Below are positions 38,061 to 46,498 of a DNA stretch of 64,000 bases, piece after piece; positions within the stretch are counted from its first letter, which is position 1, and each line of letters opens with the position of its first letter. The stretch comes from Gemmatimonadales bacterium. GTDB lineage: Bacteria > Gemmatimonadota > Gemmatimonadetes > Gemmatimonadales > GWC2-71-9. The stretch is from positions 11,971-75,970 of the forward strand of contig DATHKX010000117.1 in the NCBI GenBank assembly GCA_035488835.1. Reading direction: 5' to 3'. Both the position numbers and the translations under genes were made by a program. Below the pieces are notes generated by a model, which was not told the DNA's origin, did not search any database, and saw nothing but the letters and a program-made list of their open reading frames with translations.

Positions 38061-39256
38061 CCGCCTTTCCCTCGGGCGCGTCGGCCACGCCGACGCCGCC
38101 GGCAACGCAGGCCGCGCAGGCCCTGCTCGACGTTTACGCGCGCGTCGGCCCTCTGTTCGTCGGAGGGGAAGGCGCCGAGCTCATCGCGGAGGACGGGACG
38201 CGGTATCTCGACTTCGTGGCGGGCATCGGCGTGAACGCGCTCGGATACAATCATCCTGCCCTCCGCGCGGCTTTCGAGCGGGCCCTCGGCTCGGGGCTCA
38301 TCCACGTCTCCAACCTGTACCGCAGCGAGGCCGGCGAACGGCTTGCCGAGGAGCTGGTCGCGCGCTCGTTCGCCGACCGCGCCTTCTTCTGCAACTCGGG
38401 CGCCGAGGCGAACGAGGCCGCGTTCAAGTTCGCCCGCAAATGGTCCGGCAAGAGCGAGATCGTCGCGTTTTCGGGCTCGTTTCATGGGCGGTTGTTCGCG
38501 ACCCTCGCGGCCACCGACCGTCCCGACTATCGCAAGCCGTTCGAGCCGCTCGTGCCGGGCATCCGCATCGTCGCGCGGGAGGACTGGGCGGCCGTGGATC
38601 ACGCCGTATCAGCGTCCCGCACCGCGGCGGTCATCGTCGAGCCGGTGCAGGGGGAGGGCGGGGTGCGGCCCGTGGACGCCGACTGGCTGGGATTCGTACG
38701 CGAGCTGTGCGACTCCCGCGGCGTGGCGGTCATTTTCGACGAGGTGCAGTGCGGCCTGGGTCGCACCGGAACCCTGTTCGCCTACGAGCAGGCCGGCGTC
38801 GTGCCCGATATCCTGACGCTGGCGAAGCCGTTGGCCGGCGGACTGCCGATGGGGGCGGTCCTCGTGACCAGCGCCGTCGCCGCGGCGCTCAAGCCGGGCG
38901 ACCACGCCACCACGTTCGGCGGCGGGCCGCTCGTCGCGGGCGTGGCCCTCGAGGTAGTCCGCACCATCGCCGATCCCGCGTTCCTCGCCGACGTGCGCCG
39001 CAAGGCGGACTGGCTGGGCACGCGGCTCGGGCGGCTCGCCGCCGGGGCGCCGCGGGTGCGCGAGGTGCGGGGGCGGGGGCTCATGTGGGGGCTCGAGCTG
39101 GCCGAGCCGGCCGCCCCAATCGTCGCGGCGGCGCGGGAGCGGGGCCTGCTGGTGGTCACGGCGGGGCCGCAGGTGATTCGCCTGCTGCCGCCGCTCGTCA
39201 TCGCGGTGGAGGAGCTGGAGCGGGGCGTCGCGATTCTCGAGGAGCTCCTCGCGTGA
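38057..39256 (+). CDS. argD: acetylornithine aminotransferase
   Basis: GTGA overlap with argB. NSGAEANEAAFKFAR, DEVQCGLGRTG and LAKPLAGGLP. Confidence 0.9.
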   Translation: MTAFPSGASATPTPPATQAAQALLDVYARVGPLFVGGEGAELIAEDGTRYLDFVAGIGVNALGYNHPALRAAFERALGSGLIHVSNLYRSEAGERLAEELVARSFADRAFFCNSGAEANEAAFKFARKWSGKSEIVAFSGSFHGRLFATLAATDRPDYRKPFEPLVPGIRIVAREDWAAVDHAVSASRTAAVIVEPVQGEGGVRPVDADWLGFVRELCDSRGVAVIFDEVQCGLGRTGTLFAYEQAGVVPDILTLAKPLAGGLPMGAVLVTSAVAAALKPGDHATTFGGGPLVAGVALEVVRTIADPAFLADVRRKADWLGTRLGRLAAGAPRVREVRGRGLMWGLELAEPAAPIVAAARERGLLVVTAGPQVIRLLPPLVIAVEELERGVAILEELLA

Positions 39257-39801
39257 GCGCGCTGCCGATCTTCGGTACCCTCCATGGCGGGCCGCAGCTC
39301 AGTGAGGCACCAGCAGGAACCGCTCCCCGCTCCCCGCTCCCCGGGGTCGCGCTGCGGGTCGCGGTCCTCGCCGACGTGCCGCAGCTCGAGGCCCTCATGG
39401 CCCCGTATGTCCAGACCGGTGACCTGCTGCCGCGCAGCAACTACGATCTCTGCCGGCACATCAAGGAGTACGTCGTCGCGGAGGGGCCGGCCGGCGAGGT
39501 CATCGGCTGCGGGTCGCTCAAAGTGTACTCCCGCGACCTGGCGGAGCTCGCCGCCCTCGCCGTGCGCGAGGATTGGCAGCGGGCAGGCGTCGGCGGTGCG
39601 CTGCTCGCGGCGCTGATCGCCGAGGCGCGGGCGCACGGCCTGGCCGAAGTACTCGCGCTGACTCGCAAACCGGCGTTCTTCCTGAAGGTCGGCTTCGCGC
39701 CCGCCGAGCGCGAGCATTTCCCGCTCAAAGTGTGGGCGGACTGCAACAGGTGTCCGAGGCAGACCTGCTGTGACGAGGTTGCGGTGGTTCTCAGGCTGTA
39801 G
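39253..39801 (+). CDS. GNAT N-acetyltransferase, short N-acetylglutamate-synthase-like
   Basis: GTGA overlap with argD. Acetyl-CoA motif QRAGVGGALL. The N-terminal ~35 aa contain the CTCCCCG heptamer block. Confidence 0.75.
   Translation: MSALPIFGTLHGGPQLSEAPAGTAPRSPLPGVALRVAVLADVPQLEALMAPYVQTGDLLPRSNYDLCRHIKEYVVAEGPAGEVIGCGSLKVYSRDLAELAALAVREDWQRAGVGGALLAALIAEARAHGLAEVLALTRKPAFFLKVGFAPAEREHFPLKVWADCNRCPRQTCCDEVAVVLRL
39317..39346. repeat. CTCCCCG heptamer block sharing a 25-mer (1 mismatch) with 25131-25155
   Basis: GAACCGCTCCCCGCTCCCCGCTCCC compared with GAACGGCTCCCCGCTCCCCGCTCCC. Confidence 0.8.
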
Positions 39802-39844
39802 CACCTGTTCACCGCTGTGCGTCTGTGCGTCTATGCGTCTAGCC
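39802..39844. repeat. GTGCGTCT-repeat element, half copy (same family as 61716-61818)
   Basis: CACCTGTTCACCGCTGTGCGTCTGTGCGTCTATGCGTCTAGCC, directly after the GNAT stop. Confidence 0.75.
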
Positions 39845-39903
39845 TTTGCTCTTCCTCCCTCCCTGTTGACACCTTCCTGTATCCTCGGAGAGATTTCCCC
39901 GCC

Positions 39904-40569
39904 ATGGCCCGCGTCATCTTCTGGGATGTCGACACCCAATACGACTTCATGCACCCCGACGGCAAGCTGTACGTGCCGGAGGCGGAGCGGGTCATCACCA
40001 ACCTGCAGCGCCTGACGGACTACGCGCACGGTCACGGTATCCGCATCGTGGCGAGCGCGGACGATCATGTGATGGGTCATCCCGAGATCTCCGATAAGCC
40101 CGACTGGCAGAGTACGTTCCCGGCACACTGTATGCGAGGCACGCCCGGCCAGAAGAAAATTCCCGAGACCGCGCTACGGGATCCGCTCGTCATCGAGCCG
40201 GCGAAGACCGATGCGAAGGCGCTGGCCGACCGGCTGCGGGCGCACCAGGGGGATGTCCTGCTCAACAAGCACCGCTTCGACGTATTCACCAACGAGAACG
40301 TGCCGACCGTGCTCGACGTGCTCGCGCCGGACGACATCGTGCTGTACGGGGTGGCGACCGATGTTTGCGACAGGGCGGCGGTCGAAGGCCTGCTCGAGCG
40401 CCGCCCCCATACCCGGCTGTTCGTGGTCACCGACGCCGTGAAGGGGATCGACAAGGATGTCTCGGAGCAGCTGCTCAAGGATTGGGGCGACGAAGGGGTT
40501 CGCCTCGTGAAGACGAAAGAAGTCGTGGAGGAGGGGCTCGTCGAAGATCTCGCCCGCGCCAGCGCATGA
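39904..40569 (+). CDS. isochorismatase-family hydrolase (nicotinamidase-like)
   Basis: Start trimmed to ATG 39904. WDVDTQYDF and GVATDVCD catalytic Cys motif. Confidence 0.75.
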   Translation: MARVIFWDVDTQYDFMHPDGKLYVPEAERVITNLQRLTDYAHGHGIRIVASADDHVMGHPEISDKPDWQSTFPAHCMRGTPGQKKIPETALRDPLVIEPAKTDAKALADRLRAHQGDVLLNKHRFDVFTNENVPTVLDVLAPDDIVLYGVATDVCDRAAVEGLLERRPHTRLFVVTDAVKGIDKDVSEQLLKDWGDEGVRLVKTKEVVEEGLVEDLARASA

Positions 40570-41666
40570 CCGCACCCGTCCCGCCGCCGCCCGCGTTCGG
40601 GCGGTTTTTTCTGCCCGGTCCCACCGACGTCCATCCCGAGGTCCTCGCGGCCATGCAGAGGCCGATGATCGGACACCGCTCGGGAGCGATGGAGCAGCTG
40701 CTCGCTGGCATCGAAGCGCCGCTCGCCCGGCTGTTCCGGACGTCCCGTCCGGTACTCGTGGGTACCACGTCGGCGACCGGCTTCATGGAGATGGCGGTGC
40801 GGAACGGCGTGCGGCACCGCGCGCTGTCGCTCGTCAACGGCTCGTTCAGCGAGCGCTTCGCGAGTCTGGTGCGTGCCTGCGACAAGGAGTGCGTCCGGCT
40901 CGACGTGCCGCCCGGGTGCGCCGTCGAGCCCGACATGCTGCGCGACACGCTGCGCCGAACGCCGGTCGACGCGGTGACGCTGGTCCACTCGGAGACGTCC
41001 ACCGGCGTCCTCCAGGACGTCGAGGCGCTCGCGGCCGTCGTGCGTGAGTTCGATGACGTGCTGCTGCTCGTGGACGCCGTCACGTCGCTCGCTGGCTCTC
41101 CCGTCGAGACCGATCGGTGGGGAACGGGCCTCGACTTCGTCCTCACCGGCTCTCAGAAGGCGCTCGCGCTGCCGCCCGGCCTGGCGCTCGCCGCCGCGTC
41201 CGATCGCATGCTCGAGCGGGCCCGAACCCTCCCCGCGCGGGGGTTGTACTTCGATCTCGTGAGCTTCCTGGAAGCCACGACCAAGCACCAACCGACCAAC
41301 ACCCCCGCGGTCTCGCTGCTGTTCGCCCTCGAGACCCAGCTCGGCCGGATCGAGCGCGAGGGCGGCGTGGAGGGGCGCTGGCGTCGGCACGACGCGATGC
41401 GCCGCCGCGTGGAGGAGTGGAGCGAGCAGCACGGCATCGCCTACCTGCCGCGGGAAGGGCGCCGCAGCTGGACCGTGTCGTGCCTCAAGGTGCCCGAAGG
41501 CAAGAGCGCCAAGCAGATCGTCGGGGCGCTGAAACAGGCGGGCTGGACCATCGGCTCGGGGTACGGACCCCTGAAGGAGTCCACCATCCGCATCGGGCAC
41601 ATGGGGGACCACACCGTCGCCGGGCTCGACCAGCTGCTGGACCTGCTCGCCGGGCTCGTGGCGTGA
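40566..41666 (+). CDS. class-V aminotransferase (serine-glyoxylate / phosphoserine aminotransferase-like)
   Basis: ATGA overlap with the upstream gene. PGPT N-terminus and PLP-Lys motif TGSQKAL. Confidence 0.8.
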   Translation: MTAPVPPPPAFGRFFLPGPTDVHPEVLAAMQRPMIGHRSGAMEQLLAGIEAPLARLFRTSRPVLVGTTSATGFMEMAVRNGVRHRALSLVNGSFSERFASLVRACDKECVRLDVPPGCAVEPDMLRDTLRRTPVDAVTLVHSETSTGVLQDVEALAAVVREFDDVLLLVDAVTSLAGSPVETDRWGTGLDFVLTGSQKALALPPGLALAAASDRMLERARTLPARGLYFDLVSFLEATTKHQPTNTPAVSLLFALETQLGRIEREGGVEGRWRRHDAMRRRVEEWSEQHGIAYLPREGRRSWTVSCLKVPEGKSAKQIVGALKQAGWTIGSGYGPLKESTIRIGHMGDHTVAGLDQLLDLLAGLVA

Positions 41667-43258
41667 CCTACCGCGTCGCTGTGGCGGACAAGGTGGCCGA
41701 AGCAGGACTCAAGCTGCTCGCGGAGACGCCGGGGATCGAGGTCGCGAACTGCGCCGGCAAGCCGCGCGAAGAGCTGGAGCGGGCGCTCGGGGGCGCGCAC
41801 GCGCTCATCGTGCGGAGCGAGACCCGAGTGACGGCGGACCTGCTCACGCGTGGACCCAATTTGCGCGTGATCGCGCGCGCCGGGACCGGCGTCGACAACA
41901 TCGACGTGCATGCCGCCACCCGGCGCGGCATCGCGGTGATGAACGCCCCCGGCGCCAACACGGTGAGCGCCGCCGAGCATGCCATGGGTCTGCTGCTCGC
42001 CCAGGCCCGCCACATTCCGTGGGCGGCGGAGGCGATGCGCCGCGGCGAATGGGATCGCAAGCGGTTCGAGGGGACGGAGCTCCGCGGCAAGACCATCGGG
42101 ATCGTCGGGTTGGGCCGCATCGGCGGCCACGTCGCGCAGCTCGCCCGCGCGTTCGGGATGCACGTGGTGGGGCACGATCCCTACCTGTCGCCGGAGCGCG
42201 CGGCCGAGCTGCAGCTGAAGCTGCTGCCGCTCGACCAGCTGCTCGGCCAGGCGGACGTGGTGACGCTCCACGTGGCGCACACCGAGCAGACCCATCACCT
42301 GATCAACGCCGCGCGGCTGAAGCTCATGAAACCCACGGCGGTGCTCGTCAATACCGCGCGGGGCGAGCTCGTGGACGAGGCGGCATTGGCCGACGCGGTT
42401 CGCGACAAGCGCATCGGGGGCGCGGCGATCGACGTGTTCGCGGTCGAGCCGCTGCCCGCGGACTCACCGCTCCGCAAGCTCGAGCGCGTGATTCTCACGC
42501 CCCACCTCGCGGCCTCGACGGCCGAGGCGCAGGAGCGCGTGAGCGTCGAAATCTGCGGGGCCGTGCGCGACGCGCTGCTCGTCGGCGATCTCTCGTTCGC
42601 GATCAACGTGCCCGGTATCTCGGGCGATCTGTTGCGGCGGCTCGGGCCCCTGCTCGACCTGGCGCGCCGGCTCGGCCGCCTGGCGCTGGCGCTCGTCGAC
42701 GGGCCGGTGACGGCGGTCGAAGTGGATTATGGCGGCAAGGACGACACGGCGCCGCGCCCGGTGCTGATGGCGGCGGTGGAGGGTCTGCTCTCGGGGATGA
42801 GCGTCGAGCCGGTGAGCCTCGTGAACGCGCTGCTCATCGCCGAGGAGCGCGGAATCCGCCACGCGCGCCGTACGGGAGCGCCGGAGCCAGGCTTCGAGAC
42901 CACCGTGGGCGTCACGCTCCAGGCGGCGCGCGGCCGGGCTCGGGTGGCCGGCACCGTCATGGATAACGAGCACGGCCGCGTGATTCGGATCGACGACTAC
43001 CACGTCGACGTCGCGCCCGAGGGTTGGATGTTGGTGATCCGGAATCGCGACGTGCCCGGGGTCATCGGCCGCGTGGGCACGCTGCTCGGCGGGGCCGGGA
43101 TCAATATCGGCAGTTACCACCAGGCGCGCGTCGCCTTCCCGGGGCACGACGCGCTCGCGGCCATCACGGTGGATCAGCCGCTCACCAACGGCGTGCTGGA
43201 CGCGCTGGCGAAGGTCTCCGACATCGCGCTCGTCCGGCTGGTGAACTTCGGGGACTAG
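41663..43258 (+). CDS. serA: D-3-phosphoglycerate dehydrogenase (long form with ACT domain)
   Basis: GTGA overlap. GIVGLGRIGGHVA, ARGELVDE, and a C-terminal ACT-like segment (NRDVPGVIGRVGTLLG). Confidence 0.9.
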   Translation: MTYRVAVADKVAEAGLKLLAETPGIEVANCAGKPREELERALGGAHALIVRSETRVTADLLTRGPNLRVIARAGTGVDNIDVHAATRRGIAVMNAPGANTVSAAEHAMGLLLAQARHIPWAAEAMRRGEWDRKRFEGTELRGKTIGIVGLGRIGGHVAQLARAFGMHVVGHDPYLSPERAAELQLKLLPLDQLLGQADVVTLHVAHTEQTHHLINAARLKLMKPTAVLVNTARGELVDEAALADAVRDKRIGGAAIDVFAVEPLPADSPLRKLERVILTPHLAASTAEAQERVSVEICGAVRDALLVGDLSFAINVPGISGDLLRRLGPLLDLARRLGRLALALVDGPVTAVEVDYGGKDDTAPRPVLMAAVEGLLSGMSVEPVSLVNALLIAEERGIRHARRTGAPEPGFETTVGVTLQAARGRARVAGTVMDNEHGRVIRIDDYHVDVAPEGWMLVIRNRDVPGVIGRVGTLLGGAGINIGSYHQARVAFPGHDALAAITVDQPLTNGVLDALAKVSDIALVRLVNFGD

Positions 43259-44298
43259 GGCAGCTGCTCCGCCGTCGCCTTCTCGCGATCCAGGTCGGCG
43301 CGCATCTGATCCCGCAGCTTGCCGATGACCTTGCCCCGGATGTTGAACAGACCGGTCGGCAAGTCGTCGAACCGCGAGCGACGGAGCAAGACCAAGTAGA
43401 TCCCCGGCTGTGCGGCGGCCGGTTCGCGGTCGACGACGGTCGTCAGGTCGAACCCGGCTTCGAAGTAGTGATTCGCGTAAATCTGCTTTCCCGCGACGAG
43501 GGTCACCCCGGGGAGCTCGGGTGGCGCATACACCGCCAGGTGGGTGACGCTGAGAATCGGCCTCAGGCGCGGCAGCCGGTCTTCCGACCAGAACAGCACC
43601 TCGCTCAAGCCGTCGAGCTTACTGCGCGGATACGTCGTCAGGTAGTTGTGGAATGACGGGACGTATTCGTACACGTACGGGGACTCGCCGAGCAGTGCGG
43701 CGAAGGCGCTGCTCGCGCGTACGTTCCCACGGTTGTCGTACACCACCATCGCCGTGTCACCGCGAGTGCGATAATCGGTGACGTACTCGAGCAAGCGCTG
43801 CCGGGCGTAGGCGTTCACCTGCATCTGCGGATCGGCTGCCGACCAGTCTATCTCTTCGCGCAACCGCTTCATGTCCGTCGCCGGCAGCTTGATCTTGCAG
43901 GCGTTCGGGTGGCAGTCCTTCACTTCCGAGACATCATCCTGGTCGACCACCAGGGCCTGCACGTCCGCCGCGGTCGCGGGGTCGCTGAAGATGCCGAAGC
44001 GGGTGCGGGTCGGTGTACCCAGCGAGCTCTGGAAATCCTGCAGGCGGGCGACGTACAGCTGCCGGGGCACGTCGGCGGTGATGATGCCGAACACCGCGAC
44101 GTCCCGCTGGTTCTTGGTGTCGAGCACCTTCACCACCGCCGTGCCTCGCTCCACGGCGGCGAGCTGCGCCGAGTCGAGGCCGATGCTCTGCCGGAGGAAA
44201 CGGAGGAGCGCAGCCGGGGTCTGTTGCCCCGGCAGCGGCGCGAACGCCACGAAGCAACCGAGCAGCGCGGGGCCAACCGCCCGGCGCGACGCCCGCAT
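43255..44298 (-). CDS. secreted hypothetical protein, translationally coupled to the MCP gene
   Basis: Start trimmed to ATG 44298 ([24 protein letters not shown]). TGATG overlap with the MCP stop. No motif recognised. Confidence 0.6.
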   Translation of the reverse strand: MRASRRAVGPALLGCFVAFAPLPGQQTPAALLRFLRQSIGLDSAQLAAVERGTAVVKVLDTKNQRDVAVFGIITADVPRQLYVARLQDFQSSLGTPTRTRFGIFSDPATAADVQALVVDQDDVSEVKDCHPNACKIKLPATDMKRLREEIDWSAADPQMQVNAYARQRLLEYVTDYRTRGDTAMVVYDNRGNVRASSAFAALLGESPYVYEYVPSFHNYLTTYPRSKLDGLSEVLFWSEDRLPRLRPILSVTHLAVYAPPELPGVTLVAGKQIYANHYFEAGFDLTTVVDREPAAAQPGIYLVLLRRSRFDDLPTGLFNIRGKVIGKLRDQMRADLDREKATAEQLP

Positions 44299-46430
44299 CA
44301 GTCGGCCGCCTGCTGCTGGGGAGGCGGCTCCTCGTCGGCCAGCAGGCGGAACGACTTCACCGCGCCGGTGAGCTTGTCGGCCGCTTCGGCGAGCTGGTTC
44401 GCGGAGGATGCGATCTCCTCGGTGGAGGCGCTCTGCTCTTCGCTTGAGGCGGCGATCTCCTCGGCGGACGCGAGCAGGGTCTCGGTGCCATGGGCGACCG
44501 ACCCGAGCCGCGCGCTGATCTCCTCCACGAGCGCGCGCATCTCGCCCGCCATCTTGGCGATCTCGCGGCCCCACACGTCGTTCGCCTGCGCCTCCGCGGC
44601 CACCGTCCCGAGGCCCTGAGCCGCCGTCTGCGCCGCGTCCCGCGCGACGCCCGTGCCTTGGGCGAGCTGCGCCAGCCGGTCGCGCGTCCCTTGCACGCGG
44701 GCGAGCACTCCGCGCACCGTGTCGGCGGTCTCGGTCGCGCCCGCGGCGGCGACCGACGCGAGCTTCCGCACCTCATCCGCCACGACGGCAAAGCCGCGTC
44801 CCTGCGGCCCGGCGCGCGCCGCCTCGATCGCCGCGTTCAGGGCGAGCATGTTCGTTTGCGTGGCCACCGCCTTGGCCTGCGTCACGAACTTCTGGATTTC
44901 GGACGAGGCCCGCGCCAGCGCTTCGGCCTCCGCGACACCGCGGTTCACCTCTTCTGCCAGCGTCGCGAGATGCACCGTGCTCTGGTCCAACACGTCCTTG
45001 TTGCGCCGCGCCACCTCGGCGACGACGGTGTTGCGCCGCACCGAGTCGTCGGCGCCTGCGGCGAGGATCGTCGCGATCTGGAGGATCCTGGTCGCGTCGT
45101 CCGCCGCGGCGCGCACCAGCTGGGCCTGCTCCGCCGCCCGCCTGGTCAGATCCTGGCAAGTGGCGGACATCTCCTCGGTCGACGCGCTCATCTGCTCCGT
45201 GGAGGCCGAGATTTCGGTGGCCATCGCCGCGGCCTCGTCTGCCGCCGTACGGATCGCGCCGACCAGGCGGCGCAGCGCCACGACCATGGTGTGCACCGAG
45301 GACAGGAGGTCGCCCACCTCGGCCGTGCCGCTCCGCTCGGCCACGACGGTCACGGAGAGGTCGCCGCCCGCCACCCGGCTCGCGATCGCCCCTGCGGCTT
45401 TGACCGGCTCCGTCACGCGCCGATTGAGTCGGCGCCAAAACGCGAACAGCAACGCGAGCGTCGCGCCGAACAGCACGACCGTCCAGAGCACGATGTTCGC
45501 CGCCGTGGTGCGCGCGGCCGCGTAGGCAGCGGTCTTTGGCTGGCGGAACACGACCCACCACTTGCCGTTGTCGACCGGGACCGTCACCACCAGCTCCTCG
45601 CCCGCCGCGCCGGGCACCGTCGCCGTGACGGCGCGTTCCAGGCGCGGCACGGCGGCGGCATCGGGAATGGGGCGCAGCAGGTCGGCCTGATTCGGTTTAA
45701 CCCCGCCCCCACCCCCTCCCACGATCAGCGTGCCCTGCGCGTCCACCACCTGCAGCCGAACCCCGGCACCCGCGTCGGCGGCCGTGAGCAGTTGGGACAG
45801 GCGATCGAGCGGGAGCACCGCCTTGAGCACCCCCACCGGTGTGCTCAGGCGCGGCGCCCGGATGGCCACGTCGTACTCGAGCGACACCGCGGCGGCCGAC
45901 GAGTCGTACCGCGGCGCACCCTCGTAGACGCCATCCGCCGCCGCCCGCCGCCACCACTCCTCGTCCGACTGCACGAAGTCGGACGTCCGGTTCGAGGCGA
46001 GCACCGAATACCCGTGGCTTTCCGTGAAGAAGAGCTCGGCGAACTCGGACCGTTGGACGTAGTCGCGGAGGTAGGCGGCGAGGTCGGGATCCCCGCCCAA
46101 CACGTGGCGCTGGTTGAACATCCGCTCCAGGGTGGGCGTGTCGAGCTGGGGCAGGCGCTGGCTGATCGCCTGCTGCGACCCGTCGAGCGCCGCCCGCACG
46201 ACCGCGGGCGACCGCGCCAGCGCCTCCGCTTCCCGGCGACGCTCCCGTAGGTATATCCCGACCAGGGACGAGGCGTGCGTGGCCACGTCCTGGCCGCGCT
46301 CGTTGGCCTGCCGCTCGACGATGCGGGTGACACTACGGCTCGACAGCAGCGCGAACCCGGTCACGACGAGGGCGACGACCGCCCCCGTGAGGAGGAAACT
46401 CTGCCGGAACTGCTGGGTGCGGCTGGACAT
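44298..46430 (-). CDS. methyl-accepting chemotaxis protein (periplasmic Cache-like sensor, HAMP, MA domain)
   Basis: Track ORF 710 aa with the conserved signalling hairpin [36 protein letters not shown]. Confidence 0.9.
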   Translation of the reverse strand: MSSRTQQFRQSFLLTGAVVALVVTGFALLSSRSVTRIVERQANERGQDVATHASSLVGIYLRERRREAEALARSPAVVRAALDGSQQAISQRLPQLDTPTLERMFNQRHVLGGDPDLAAYLRDYVQRSEFAELFFTESHGYSVLASNRTSDFVQSDEEWWRRAAADGVYEGAPRYDSSAAAVSLEYDVAIRAPRLSTPVGVLKAVLPLDRLSQLLTAADAGAGVRLQVVDAQGTLIVGGGGGGVKPNQADLLRPIPDAAAVPRLERAVTATVPGAAGEELVVTVPVDNGKWWVVFRQPKTAAYAAARTTAANIVLWTVVLFGATLALLFAFWRRLNRRVTEPVKAAGAIASRVAGGDLSVTVVAERSGTAEVGDLLSSVHTMVVALRRLVGAIRTAADEAAAMATEISASTEQMSASTEEMSATCQDLTRRAAEQAQLVRAAADDATRILQIATILAAGADDSVRRNTVVAEVARRNKDVLDQSTVHLATLAEEVNRGVAEAEALARASSEIQKFVTQAKAVATQTNMLALNAAIEAARAGPQGRGFAVVADEVRKLASVAAAGATETADTVRGVLARVQGTRDRLAQLAQGTGVARDAAQTAAQGLGTVAAEAQANDVWGREIAKMAGEMRALVEEISARLGSVAHGTETLLASAEEIAASSEEQSASTEEIASSANQLAEAADKLTGAVKSFRLLADEEPPPQQQAAD

Positions 46431-46498
46431 GTCGAGGGTCGGGAGCGAAGCTACGCAGGGTTACCCGGCGGGGCAAGCCTGTTTATTTTCATGGACTT

